From Thermoproteota archaeon (lineage in GTDB: Archaea; Thermoproteota; Bathyarchaeia; Bathyarchaeales; Bathycorpusculaceae): DNA of 64,000 nt. The stretch lies in the NCBI GenBank assembly GCA_040268405.1, contig JAWRIR010000142.1, forward strand, positions 478 through 64,477. The letters are read 5' to 3'. Shown here in pieces: positions 39,778 to 51,105 of the stretch. The notes under the pieces were generated by a model. The model was given only the letters and a program-made list of their open reading frames with translations. It was not told the DNA's origin and searched no databases. How positions within the stretch are numbered: the stretch's first letter is position 1; every line of letters starts with the position of its first letter. A program made the position numbers and the translations under genes.

Positions 39778-40728
39778 TTGTTTATGTTCGAGGTCAAAGG
39801 AACCATCGGCAATACATTGCAACGCATAATCAGGTTTGCAAACAAAAGCACGATAAAAAACCTGCTAATTATTACCTTATGTGTGGCAATGTTTTTTGTG
39901 CAGATTTTCTTTCCCTATAACTATTACGCCTCAGCTGACAGAAGCGGAAACTCTCAGTTTCAAGTTGGCGTTCACTACGTTTACGAACAAGACGAGTTAA
40001 ACGAAATTTACAGTCAAATTTATAGAATCAAAAACCTCGGCATCAGTGTAATCCGCATAACATTAGAATGTAACCCCAACGACCTTTACGGTAACGACCC
40101 TACAAACCAGAAAACTAACGCGTTGTTTGCTGCAACTGACCAGTTGGATTTGGATGTTGCACTTGTTATTCCTAACCATGAAGACCTTCAAAACGTGAAC
40201 TATTACCTTAACCGTTGGGGTAGCCATCTTGAGTATATTCAGGTGCTTAATGAGCCAGAGTTGTCAGCGTCTTGGGATGCAGGCGCCCTTTTCACTGACG
40301 ATGAAATTGTAAGCAAGTTTGAACGTGTCTATCAAGTTGTAGATTCCTATAATTTGCCCGCCAAACTATACACCAACTTTGGTGCAGGCTACATACTTCG
40401 AAGTAACGTGCCAATGGAGTTAAGCAAGCACCTTGACTTCGTCGGTTTAGACGTTTACATGGATGCATTTCTTGTGTTGTCACCTCATTTCGTAGGAAAC
40501 CTTCGCAGCATGACTGACAAAGACATTGTAATCACGGAGTTCGGTATGTCTACAAGCAACAGTCTTGCCCAAAGCGACTTTATCATCAGGGGACTTAGCC
40601 TGTTCAAAAGTATGGGGTTGAAAGGTTGCTGGATAGCTTACTGGAACAGCGACTACGACTATTACGGAATCCGTGGCAGGCCAGCAGAAATTGCAATAGG
40701 AGAATGGATTGCAGAAAATGTTAACTAA
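39778..40728 (+). CDS. Membrane-anchored clan GH-A-like glycoside hydrolase
   Basis: N-terminal TM; IQVLNEP (acid/base) and IVITEFG (nucleophile) motifs. Confidence 0.7.
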   Translation: MFMFEVKGTIGNTLQRIIRFANKSTIKNLLIITLCVAMFFVQIFFPYNYYASADRSGNSQFQVGVHYVYEQDELNEIYSQIYRIKNLGISVIRITLECNPNDLYGNDPTNQKTNALFAATDQLDLDVALVIPNHEDLQNVNYYLNRWGSHLEYIQVLNEPELSASWDAGALFTDDEIVSKFERVYQVVDSYNLPAKLYTNFGAGYILRSNVPMELSKHLDFVGLDVYMDAFLVLSPHFVGNLRSMTDKDIVITEFGMSTSNSLAQSDFIIRGLSLFKSMGLKGCWIAYWNSDYDYYGIRGRPAEIAIGEWIAENVN

Positions 40729-41155
40729 AATAACTAAAACTGAACAATTTAACAGGCTAATGCGTCTGATAATTCACGGACTCTTAATCGTCTGCAGCTT
40801 AATTATACTTCAAACCGTGCTGGACAGCGCCAAAGACGGCTTCATGATGTTTCTGCCTCCACTGGGCTTCGCGTTCTTCTACATAACCACCTACCTTGTA
40901 GGACCCTTAATCATAGGCGCCGTAAACATAATAATAATTCACAGGCTAAACAAGTTGAAGGGTTGGCAAGTCGGATTCTGGCTCAACGGACTCTTTCTAA
41001 TGCTGGTGTTCTCCACAACCAACTTGGTACTGCAAACTATGCTGAATTTGCCGTTTGCACCATACATTGCGTTGATTGACCTTTTCCTGCTTTCGTTGCC
41101 TTTTGGAATCGTTGCGCGATACAGCAATGGCGGATGGAAAAAACCAATCGACTAA
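40718..41155 (+). CDS. Four-TM membrane protein
   Basis: Hydrophobic throughout; overlaps the GH stop codon. Confidence 0.7.
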   Translation: MLTKITKTEQFNRLMRLIIHGLLIVCSLIILQTVLDSAKDGFMMFLPPLGFAFFYITTYLVGPLIIGAVNIIIIHRLNKLKGWQVGFWLNGLFLMLVFSTTNLVLQTMLNLPFAPYIALIDLFLLSLPFGIVARYSNGGWKKPID

Positions 41156-41239
41156 ACCCTGCAACTAATTGGTTGCAATAAACCATTTTTACTTCCAAAA
41201 TACTTCATTATTTAGAAGTCAACTGTTGAGGGTCAACTG

Positions 41240-42445
41240 TTGAAGAAGACTTTTGCGGCTCTTGTTTCGATGGTTTTAATTGTGATTCTTGTTGTGGCAG
41301 CTACAGTTTACTTTCTAAACGTGTACAGCCCTGTGAAAGGTGCGCGGGATTTTTACCTCGCCGTTTCATTCAACGGCGGCACCACCGCTGAAGCTAAACT
41401 GCTTATTGACAAGGTTAAACCTTATACGAACCTGTTTGTGGTTCAATCAGGACCCGTAAGCATCAACGAGACAGCCATGAATGAAATCGTTGACTACGCC
41501 GTCACGTCGGGTTTGGATGTGATTGTCTATTTCGGGTTTTTTAACCCTAATTATCCTTGGCAGTTACCGTGGCTTGACTACGCAAAACAGCAGTGGGGCA
41601 ACCATTTCTTAGGAGTTTACCTAAATGATGAACCCGGCGGGTACATTGTTGACCTTAACTGGACAGGCTACTTTACCCAACTAAGAATTCGAAACGAAAC
41701 GGACTATTATTTGCATTCTCCAGCGGTTGACCTTGCCCTTAACGATTCCTTGCCGCCTGATTATGGCCAAGCAGCCGCACATTTTAACGATGAAGTATGG
41801 TTCAGCCTTGGCGTAAATGAGCTGAAAAATCGTTCAATCACCGCTTTCACCTCGGATTATGCTCTTTACTGGTTTGATTACCTTGGTGGTTACGACGTAG
41901 TCTTTACCGAGTTTGGTTCAAACAGTAGCTTAACTCAAAACGTGGCTTTAGACCGTGGCGCAGCTCGAATGCAGAACAAAACTTGGGGCGCTATCATTAC
42001 TTGGACCTATGACCAGCCGCCTTATCTTGCCGACGGCAGCGCTGTATATGAGCAAATGCTTGACGCCTACCTTGCAGGCGCAAAATACATAGTAATTTTT
42101 GATTACCCACAGCTACCCGGAAACCCCTACGGTGTCTTAACTGAAGCACACTTTGCGGCGTTGCAACAGCTTTGGGCAGTTACAGAATTGGTTAAGCCTG
42201 ATGATAATCAGCATGATGATGCTGTGTTGGTGTTGCCTCAAAATTATGGTTGGGGCATGCGGCTTGAGGATGACCGTATTTGGGGCGTTTGGGGTCCAGA
42301 CGAAAAATCTCCGCAGATTTGGAACATTAGCCGTGAGCTGCTTACAAAATTTGATTTCAGGTTGGACATGGTGTATGATGATCCACGTTTCCCAGTGGAC
42401 GGTCTGTATGAGAAAGTTTACTTTTGGAATCAAACCGTGTATTGA
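41240..42445 (+). CDS. Secreted/anchored TIM-barrel-like protein, possible glycoside hydrolase
   Basis: N-terminal TM; GVYLNDEPGG; aromatic-rich. Confidence 0.6.
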   Translation: MKKTFAALVSMVLIVILVVAATVYFLNVYSPVKGARDFYLAVSFNGGTTAEAKLLIDKVKPYTNLFVVQSGPVSINETAMNEIVDYAVTSGLDVIVYFGFFNPNYPWQLPWLDYAKQQWGNHFLGVYLNDEPGGYIVDLNWTGYFTQLRIRNETDYYLHSPAVDLALNDSLPPDYGQAAAHFNDEVWFSLGVNELKNRSITAFTSDYALYWFDYLGGYDVVFTEFGSNSSLTQNVALDRGAARMQNKTWGAIITWTYDQPPYLADGSAVYEQMLDAYLAGAKYIVIFDYPQLPGNPYGVLTEAHFAALQQLWAVTELVKPDDNQHDDAVLVLPQNYGWGMRLEDDRIWGVWGPDEKSPQIWNISRELLTKFDFRLDMVYDDPRFPVDGLYEKVYFWNQTVY

Positions 42446-42561
42446 CCCTAAAGATAGGTTTGGTGAGTCTGTTCCTACCAAGACGGCAATTGAATGCTTT
42501 ATCTAAACATATAGCATATCCACTAAAGCTGAAAATAAAAAAGAAAAAAGGGTGGTTTTAG

Positions 42562-43419
42562 TTAAACGACTTCTTTCTGCATTCTTTTGGCTAACCCATA
42601 AACAATCGGTATCAAAATGATTGCAAGTGCAATAGCAAACGCCCATGCCACAGTACTGATTATTCCAGTAACTCCCGAGAAGGTTGAGAAGATTGCGCCA
42701 GTACCAATTAGCAAGAATATGCTGTAGAGAACAAATTTGGCGTACCCTGCGATTCCAGCAAACTCGCTGTGTTCCTCTGTAATGGATTTTATCAGGCCGT
42801 CAGTTAGGATTATGCCTACGCCGATTATTACAAACCCGATAATCAATGAGTAAACTAGGCTGCCTGCAGTGAACAGCAGCAAATCAAAGGCAATGTTAAG
42901 AATGATTGCAACTAAACCGATAAAGAGCAGGTTCTTTAGCATATCAGCGATTTCTGTTTTGGTCTTAAACATGGGACGGATAACGTTTCCAACCAGCATT
43001 GCTAAGTAATCAACAAGTACAGTTCCTAAAACTATGACAAGTATGCCGCCTAAAAGCCGTGGTAGATATGCAGCTATTTGAGCAATTAACGCGCCAGCTT
43101 CCCCTGGAACGTTTAGCATTGAAACAGCTACTACTATTGCAACAATTGCTATGAAAGCGTATATGATGCCGCCTACGAAATTGGATAAGTCAAAACCGCT
43201 GTTACGGAAGATTTTGCCGATTTCACTTTTATCAAAACTTTTCTCTACTGTACGGTCAACTACTCGGTTAACGATTTTTCCTACAAACCAGCCGACTACT
43301 AAACCGATGATAATTACGATTATGGCGCCGATTATTCCGGGTAACGCTGAGGTAGTGTCAGTGACAAAATTGTTAAAGGCTTCCTCCAAAGTTAGCAGTG
43401 CTACTAAAAGAAAAAGCAT
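42562..43419 (-). CDS. CmpX/MscS-associated TM-helix repeat protein
   Basis: Two LP.IIGAIIVIIIG / LPRLLGGILVIVLG repeats; no MscS cytoplasmic domain. Confidence 0.7.
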   Translation of the reverse strand: MLFLLVALLTLEEAFNNFVTDTTSALPGIIGAIIVIIIGLVVGWFVGKIVNRVVDRTVEKSFDKSEIGKIFRNSGFDLSNFVGGIIYAFIAIVAIVVAVSMLNVPGEAGALIAQIAAYLPRLLGGILVIVLGTVLVDYLAMLVGNVIRPMFKTKTEIADMLKNLLFIGLVAIILNIAFDLLLFTAGSLVYSLIIGFVIIGVGIILTDGLIKSITEEHSEFAGIAGYAKFVLYSIFLLIGTGAIFSTFSGVTGIISTVAWAFAIALAIILIPIVYGLAKRMQKEVV

Positions 43420-43551
43420 GAAAAAGCACCAAACATTTTATGGTTTAACTCACTTTAAAAGGTTTTTATGTAAAAACTGCAAAAAAGTTAGCCATAACTT
43501 GTATCATATTTAAGGAATTTGTTACAGTAAAAAGGGTTGAAAAAGTGGAAA

Positions 43552-46500
43552 TTAAGAAGACGCGCCTTTTCTCGCACGTTTTCTTACAACTAACACTGCC
43601 GCAAAGACAACAAGCAGAACAACCGCCAATGCAGCCATCAAAGCCCATTGCGGAATTTCTTCTCCGGTTGCGGTTGTGTTTGCATTGAACTCGATGTCCA
43701 CTGTATGCGTGCTAAAGTGTGTAGTATAGTAGACATAGTAGTTGTTTGCGTCTTCAGTGTAGCCTTGATTCAGGCACAGTTCGCCGTCAATGTAAACCTG
43801 TGGCGTTGCACCAGCGGGAATTGAAGTTTTGGGAATTGTCACGTTACCGAAGCCTGCTGTTCCGCTTTGTCCTGTTAGGTTGAAGGAAACAGTTACTTTG
43901 CCAGTTGACTGGTCCACTGATAAGGTTGCATTTGTTATTTGGCTGCTGCTTATGTTGCCGCTTATTGCCAGATTGATTACTGCGCCGCTATCCTGTGTGG
44001 CTGGTATAGATGAGGGTGTTGGGCTTGTTGAAGGGGCAGCTGTAGGCGTTGTTGTTGGGGTTGGGGTGGGTGTTGGTTCAGGTGTGGCTGTTGGAGGCGG
44101 AGGAGGTGTTTTAACGGTAACAGTAACGGTTGTTGTAGCGTTGTTTCCAGCAGCGTCTTGAACAGTCAAAGTCACAGTGTAAACTCCCGTTGAAGCATAC
44201 GTGTGGCTGACTGTCTTGCCTGAGCCAGAAGCGCCATCTCCAAAATCCCAAAGGTAACTTACAATTCCAGATTCATCAGTGCTCAAGTTTGCATCGAAAC
44301 TGGCTGATTCGCCTTCATTTACGGTTTGGTTTTGACCAGCATTAGCTGTTGGCGCAGTGGAATCAAGAGTAATCTGAGCCAAGTAGGTCGAAATTAAACC
44401 TGAGGCATCCTTGTACTGGACGTACACAGTTTTTGCGTCGTCCCCGCCTTCAAGTGTCCAAACCTTAGATGTTGTATAGTCTTCCCAAGTTGTCCATGAA
44501 GCGTTGTCGTTGGAGAAACGCATCTGAATCATGCTTGAGGCCTCATCAGTTGCTGAAAGCGTCAAATTCACTGTTGCCTCTCTTGTGTAGGCTGACCCAT
44601 TGTTTATGCTGATTGCCCCCACTGGAGGTGCAGTGTCCAAAATGATTGAGGTAGAGCATTCGCCTATTTTTCCAACGTTATCTTGGATTTGGCAATAAAC
44701 GGTTTTTGCGCCGTCGCCTGCGGTTAGGTTCCAAGTTTTGGTGCTTGCCATTGGCTCCCAAGCTATTGTAGCCCAGTCGCCATCGTTGCTGAAGCGAATT
44801 CTACTTACGCCTGAACCAGCGTCAAACGCCGTCAAAGCAAGGGTAACTTGAGTTGAATTAGTAAATTCTGCGCCATCGTTTATCTTGATTGAACCTATCG
44901 GACCCATTGTGTCCAGCATAATTCCAGATATAACATTATGAGTTTCAGCGTTATTTGCGATGTCGACACTCCAATACTCAAGCGTGTTTACGACGCCTTC
45001 AGTTGTAATGAATGGTTGCCCGTCTCTGGCCACGGTTTTGAGGGCGCCGCCGTTTATTCGGTAATATGTTTCGTTAACGCCAAAGTAATCCGTAGCTGAG
45101 AGAGTGATAACAAAATTAGCAGTATGCCAACCGCCTGCATAAGCCGCAGTTGTTTCTGGCGCTGTTGTGTCTACAAACCAAATCAGCAAGTTTTCCAGCA
45201 TAGCTTTGCAGTCTTGGTTTGTTGCCCAATCGCTTGTGCCATGACCGTTCCAGTAAACGACCTTTCCCGGAAGGTTTTCTGTTACAAGAATTTTTGCGCA
45301 CCCATTAGCTACCGTTGCTATCGCAGATGCTCCGCGACTGGTGTCCGCTGTAGCGTTGTCGGTATCGCTGTATAAGCCTGAAATGTGGTAGTTTTCTGGA
45401 TAAACTCCGTAGGGGCCTTTCATTATGGGGTGGGTCGCGTTGGAAACGTACAGGTCTGGTTGTCCGGTGTTGTCTCCTGTAGTGGTTGAACGAACGACAT
45501 TGGCTAGTAAGTCATTTGTGACATACAGTGAGTCATACCCGGTGACTAAGAGGTTACCGCCTGAAGCTAAGTAATTGTTCAATGAAGTTTCTTCGTTGCT
45601 TGCGAGTGACCGTGAATACTTGTAAAAGATAACTGTCGAATAATTTTGTAACAGACTGCCGCTTGTAGTGTATAAGTGGGTTATGCTTTGGGCTGGGTTG
45701 AAGTTGTTATTATAAATGTCATAGTTAATCATCATTGAATCTAAAATGAAGACGATTTGTTCAAGCTGGTTAACATCTGATATTAAGGCGATTCTGTCGT
45801 TGACTGTAACTATGCTGGCGTGTTCGTTGTCAAAAGTGTACTGTTCCCCTTCGACCTCCGTTACAGAGGCTTGAACATTGTAAACCGCATCTTTTGTTGG
45901 CGTCCAACTATAACTTGCAGTGAAATTTACCCCCGCAGCCAATTCAGGTATGCTATCAGCTATCTGGGATTCACCGTCGATTAGCAACTCGTAAGCCACC
46001 GTTGTTTCATTGTTTAACCCGTAATTGTAAACTGTAAGGTTAAGCATTGCAGTTTCACCTGCCTCCAAGCCTTTAGGCGCCTGCAATGTAATGGCTAACT
46101 CGTGAGCGTCTTTGCTTGAAATAAACGGTAAATAAGCTGTATCCGGTAGCCAATCCCAATTTGAGAAGCTATCTACAACAGAAAAGTCAAATGAACCATT
46201 TGACTGAATAGTGCTTGAGTTAACAGCTACAACAAACGTGTCTGTGCTGTTGGGAGCGTCAAGGTAAGCTATTGAGTTGTCAACGTAGAAGCCGCAGATG
46301 GTTTCGTTCCAAGTCCAAAGTGTGCAGCCTTGATAGCCCACGATAATCATGTAATCTACGCCAAGATTATCATTTTGACCTGAAAAGTATTGGTCGCGCA
46401 GGCCGGTTCGCTGGTTTCTGTCAGTATCAATCATTATTACAGTGTTTATGTCGCTTGAGCAGCAGTTCCATGGTCTATAGAATTCTGCTTTAAAGAATAG

Positions 46501-48250
46501 TAGGCCCAGTTGGGATTGAGTTGAAACCGTTTTTAGGTTGCATCCTGCATCTTCGTCGGGGTCGGTGGCAAGCTGGGTCCAGTTAGATTCAGATGGTTGA
46601 ATAACATTGAACTCTTTTGTGATTACGTTGTTTTCAGTTATAGTTTCACCTAGCACTGGCGTTACGATTGTGGTTAAGTTGTATTCGTCTTCAGTGGCGG
46701 GTGTCCAAGTTAGAACTGGATAAGCGTAAGCGCCTATTGGAAGAGAGTCAATAACTGCACTATCAACTGCCGAACCATTGACTAACAATTGTACTTGCAC
46801 GTTAGTTTCGTTTGTGTAGCCTCTGTTAAGAACTGAAACCGTAAAGCTTGAAGAAGCGTTAACTTTTACGTACTCAAAGGGCGTTTGCCAATCGTCAATG
46901 ACAAGGTCGTGCGTAGGCAAGGCCTCTTCTACAGCGTTTTTGGCATTTATTCGTCCGTTACCGTACCAAATGTCAAAGCCTGGCTCGCCTAAGTCGTCGC
47001 TGGTTCTTTCGAGTTGATACCTGACCAAGTTAGCCGTCATGTCTGGGTATTGACTCCAGATGAGTGCTGCAACACCTGCTGCATGGGGGCAAGCCATTGA
47101 GGTGCCGTTCATGTATGAATAATTCATTGTGTAATTGTAGAGGGTGTTCAATGTTACTTCGTAGGTTGGCATGGTTGAGTAGATGCGCCAGCCTGGAGCG
47201 GCGACGTCAACCCAGTTGCCATAATTAGTGAAAGAGGTGGGTTGATCGAGATTGTTGGTTGCTGTGACGGCGATTACGTTTTCGTAACTTGCCGGGTAAG
47301 TTAATGCGTCACTGGCTTCGTTTCCAGCGGCTACCACTACTAGTACTCCATGAGCAACCGCATAAGCAATTGCGTCACGAAGAACACTATCGTCTGAGCC
47401 GCCGCCCCAACTGTTGCTTAAAATGTCTGCGCCTGCGTCAACAGCGTGAATAATGCATTTTGCTAAATTAGAGTTATACCCCTGCCCAGAGACGTCAAGT
47501 CCTTTTTCAGCCATAATTTTTACTTGTGCAACTCCAGCGATGCCTAATGTGTTGTTGGTTGTGGCGGCGATTGTTCCAGCGCAGTGTGTGCCGTGACCAA
47601 AATCATCTATGGGGTCGGTGTCGTTGTTAACAAAATCATAGCCCAACGCGACATAGTTTGCGGCTAAGTCAGGGTGCGTATAGTCTACTCCTGTATCTAT
47701 GACGGCTACAAGCAAATCATCACTGCCAATGGTTGTGTTCCAAGCGTAATCAGCCTGTATTGCTTTAGGTCCCCATTGAATATCCCAGTAGGGGTCGTCT
47801 GGAATTGAATCAACATGGCTTTCTCCGTCTAACTCAACATAACGTGAGAACCCTGAATTTGTAACCTGCTCAGCTAAGCCTAAAGCCGCTGTTGCACGTA
47901 CGTTCACAATAACTGCTTGGGTTGAATCCATCGAAAGGGTATCTGTTATTATGCCGCCGTTTTTGCCCACAATTTCTGTCAAGTTAGAATAACTGCATGT
48001 TTCATTGCCGACTCCGATTATGATGTCCACGGAACCGTCGCTTTTGATGTGATTGTCGATGTCTTGTAGAGTGATTATTTTTTGTTGCAGTAGCCTTGAA
48101 TCTGTTGCAGAGTCACCGGTTGGTGAGTCGTTGCTGTTTGTGAGGGCTTGTGCAGGTGAATTGGTGATGGCAAAATTGCCTGTTAAGACTAATGCGGAAA
48201 TTAAGAGTAAAACGAATGATTTTGTTATTTGTTGTTTGATTTTTGTTCAA
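43552..48250 (-). CDS. Large multidomain cell-anchored S8 (subtilisin-like) peptidase; the 5' end needs a +1 shift or a non-canonical start
   Basis: Triad VIDTG / HGTHCAG / GTSMACP; CARDB-like, Ig-like and PKD (SYLWDFGDG) domains; Thr/Pro linker; C-terminal TM; in-frame signal peptide lies upstream of the ORF-track start at 48030. Confidence 0.92.
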
Positions 48251-48271
48251 CCCCTTGCGGGGTAAAAGGGG
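48250..48271 (-). promoter_or_regulatory. GNRA hairpin covering the SD and first base of the protease start codon
   Basis: Minus strand CCCCTTTT-ACCCC-GCAA-GGGGT(TG); alternative pairing CCCCTT/AAGGGG. Confidence 0.4.
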
Positions 48272-48334
48272 CGAGAAAACGATTATTAAATGTTATGAAT
48301 CATGATACAATATTGAGTGCTCCCAAAATAGGGC

Positions 48335-49501
48335 TTACTCAGTAATCGAATGATACCAACTAATAATGTACTCAGGCAAATTCAAGCCACGTTCTGCAAG
48401 CCGCTCTGCAAGCTTAACCGGCAAAGGACTCAAAACATAAGCTGCCCGAGTGTAGAATCGTCTGGGGACGCCTACTCTTTGGTCTTCGGGGATAACAATC
48501 TGTAAATCCGACTTTCTAGCCAAAGTTGAATCTTTACATCCCGTAATTGCAAGCACAGAGCCATTATATTTTTTGAGGGCATCACACCAAAGCAAGACTG
48601 GTTTTGCTTCGCCAGTGTATGAGATTAGGATTTCTACGTCGCCAGCTCGTGGTCTTGGAGTGTTCACGCCTCGCGCCATAAACACGTTGTCGCCTAGAAA
48701 GCTTTTGATGTGAAAGAGGCGTATGCCTGTCATTTTGGCGATTTCTTTAGCTGTTCCTTTTCCACCCAAGAACACGTTGGTACCTTTTTCAAGCATGTCA
48801 ACTAGTTGAGTGTATGTTTCTGAACTAACGTTACTGTCGATTAGGTTGCCAATAATTTCGAACTCTTCTTCACACAATTTGAAAACGTCCTCGACGCCTA
48901 AGCCGCGGGATATGGATTCAATCATCATGTTCAAAAGTTCCAAAGTGCCTAACTCAAAGATGTCGCCCATCATTCCAGTATCGCTGTACACGCTTGCAGG
49001 TGTAGCTTGTCCTCTGCCTTCAATCTGAACTGCGCTTCCGTATTTGCTTGCAATTTCTGCCAAAGGCGACTTCACATTAGAAGTTAACAAGCCCATGCTG
49101 AATTTGTCAGACTTTTTTTCCTCAATGTACCGTGCCAAGTCTTGGGCCATGAGCAGGGGGTCGTTGGATTGTCCGCTGCCTGAATTCATGAGCAGAAGGG
49201 TTTTTTTGTAGCGTTTTTCAAAAAATGGGGCTGCATAATGCATGCTTCTGCCGGGAAAACCGGGGTCATCAGGTGTGTAAACTGCTTTGTTGCCCCATTC
49301 GGCTTCGTTCAGCGCCATTAGACTCATGGCGGCATTAAGGGAATATAGTGAACGACCTGACCCACTGCAGATTATGCAGTCAGCAGTTTTTAGGTCTTCA
49401 TACAACGGACTGAGACTGTTTTTGCTTATTGAGAGGATGTTGTCTCGGATTTTGTTTGCGAATCCTACGTTGCAGATTTTGCTTTTCACAGCCAAATACA
49501 C
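48335..49501 (-). CDS. Tandem-SIS sugar-phosphate isomerase (HxlB/Phi-like, double length)
   Basis: Two SIS units: IICSGSGRS...LLMNSGSGQS and VFLGGKG...ILISYTGE...VLAITG. Confidence 0.7.
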   Translation of the reverse strand: MYLAVKSKICNVGFANKIRDNILSISKNSLSPLYEDLKTADCIICSGSGRSLYSLNAAMSLMALNEAEWGNKAVYTPDDPGFPGRSMHYAAPFFEKRYKKTLLLMNSGSGQSNDPLLMAQDLARYIEEKKSDKFSMGLLTSNVKSPLAEIASKYGSAVQIEGRGQATPASVYSDTGMMGDIFELGTLELLNMMIESISRGLGVEDVFKLCEEEFEIIGNLIDSNVSSETYTQLVDMLEKGTNVFLGGKGTAKEIAKMTGIRLFHIKSFLGDNVFMARGVNTPRPRAGDVEILISYTGEAKPVLLWCDALKKYNGSVLAITGCKDSTLARKSDLQIVIPEDQRVGVPRRFYTRAAYVLSPLPVKLAERLAERGLNLPEYIISWYHSITE

Positions 49502-49599
49502 CCTTGAATGCGTTTATGTTTCTGTCAAGCAACAGAGCAAAAACGGCATATAAGGATTTGTAAAACAAAAAAATACTAAAAAGAGAAAAACCAAAGGGT

Positions 49600-50967
49600 T
49601 TAGTTGGCTGAGTACCTGCGCAGCTCCTCGATTTTGTGAATTTCTATCGAGTTGCTGGCGTGACTCACAACTGTGCGTTCACCCAACGTAAACAAAGCCG
49701 TGTCCTTGTCTGTCAGCAAGTGCATGTCATATAATTTGTTTGCAACAGCCGATATCTTGTCTTTTTCTTCAAGGTAGTCTATGTGGACAGGTTGAACTCC
49801 AAAGGCAAGTTCCAGCTTCTTTTTCACCTTCAAATCTGGCGTAACCGCAATAATCGGTTGCCCTATCTTGAAGCGTGCAATCATCCTTGCAGTGTAACCG
49901 GTTTTGGTTAAAGTTATGACTTTGTCAAGGGGCATGCTTTGGCAGATTCGGTAAATTGCTCTGCTGACTGTGTCGGAAATGTTCACAAACTGTGTGTCTT
50001 CAACCTTGCTTTTAACTGCCTTTTCAGCTTCGTGAGCAATACGGGTCATCATTTCCACTGCATCCACGGGATATTGACCAATAGCGGTTTCGCCTGAAAG
50101 CATAACTGCGTCTGAACCGTCTAAAATTGCGTTTGCTACGTCGCTTACTTCAGCTCGGGTAGGTTGGGGCTGGTGAACCATGGATTCCAACATTTCAGTT
50201 GCCGTTACAACCAGTTTGCCCCGTTGGTTGCAACGTTTAATAATTGATTTTTGAACAAGTGGGACCTTTTCCGGTTCAATTTCAACGCCTAAGTCGCCTC
50301 TTGCAACCATTATTCCGTTGGCTGCTTCGAGAATTGAGTCAACGTTTTGTACGCCTTCAAAGTTTTCGATTTTGGCTATTATTCCGCCTTTGTAAATCTT
50401 GGCGAGGTCTTCAACGTCGCAGGTGTTTCGGGTAAATGAGAGGGCGATGTATTCGACGTCGAATTTTTTGGCGAAGTCAATAATTTCTAAATCGTAATCT
50501 GTTAGTGTGGAAACTGTTAGACGCTTATTTGGTAAGTTAACGCCTTTGCCATCCTCTATGGTGCCTCCAGTGATGACGAGTAGGCGCAGTTTTTCGTCAG
50601 ATTTCTCAGTGACGATGGTTCGCATTTTACCGTTATCGATAAGGATGATGTCGCCTACTCCTATGTTGTCGTAGAAGTTGTGGTTAAAACTTACTTCTTC
50701 TCCGTTGAAGCCGACTTCTAATATTTCGCCCTTGTTCAGAGTCTTTTTTTGTGCGGCTTTAAGTCTGACCTCAGGGCCTTTGAGGTCAATGATTATCGGG
50801 ATTTCTGCTATTTTTCGTACGGTTTCAATTACGGATTGGTACTGGGCGGTGTTTCCGTAGGCAGTGTTAATTCTTGCACCGTTCATTCCTGCGTGTACCA
50901 TGCGTTTGATTGTTTCTTTTGTGTTGCTGGCTGGACCGATTGTGGCAATGATTTTCGTCTTCTTCAT
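49600..50967 (-). CDS. pyk: Pyruvate kinase
   Basis: TKIIATIGPAS, DLKGPEVR, IAKIEN, GIMVARGDLGVE, ATEMLESM, DAVMLSGETA; ATG 50967. Confidence 0.96.
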   Translation of the reverse strand: MKKTKIIATIGPASNTKETIKRMVHAGMNGARINTAYGNTAQYQSVIETVRKIAEIPIIIDLKGPEVRLKAAQKKTLNKGEILEVGFNGEEVSFNHNFYDNIGVGDIILIDNGKMRTIVTEKSDEKLRLLVITGGTIEDGKGVNLPNKRLTVSTLTDYDLEIIDFAKKFDVEYIALSFTRNTCDVEDLAKIYKGGIIAKIENFEGVQNVDSILEAANGIMVARGDLGVEIEPEKVPLVQKSIIKRCNQRGKLVVTATEMLESMVHQPQPTRAEVSDVANAILDGSDAVMLSGETAIGQYPVDAVEMMTRIAHEAEKAVKSKVEDTQFVNISDTVSRAIYRICQSMPLDKVITLTKTGYTARMIARFKIGQPIIAVTPDLKVKKKLELAFGVQPVHIDYLEEKDKISAVANKLYDMHLLTDKDTALFTLGERTVVSHASNSIEIHKIEELRRYSAN

Positions 50968-51105
50968 AAGCATCTGCCATATTGAGACGTAATTCAAAAT
51001 TAAAGCATGACGGTGCAAGTATCCATATTACTAAAGTACCTAAATAGAAAACGCCCATTAAACAAGAGGTACCGGTTCGAAAAAGCGGCGTTGGTGCTGC
51101 CGGTT

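Noticed and set aside
44037-44110. Short GTT/GGT tandem-like repeats here and at 62800-62880
   Set aside because: They simply encode Thr/Pro linkers of surface proteins.
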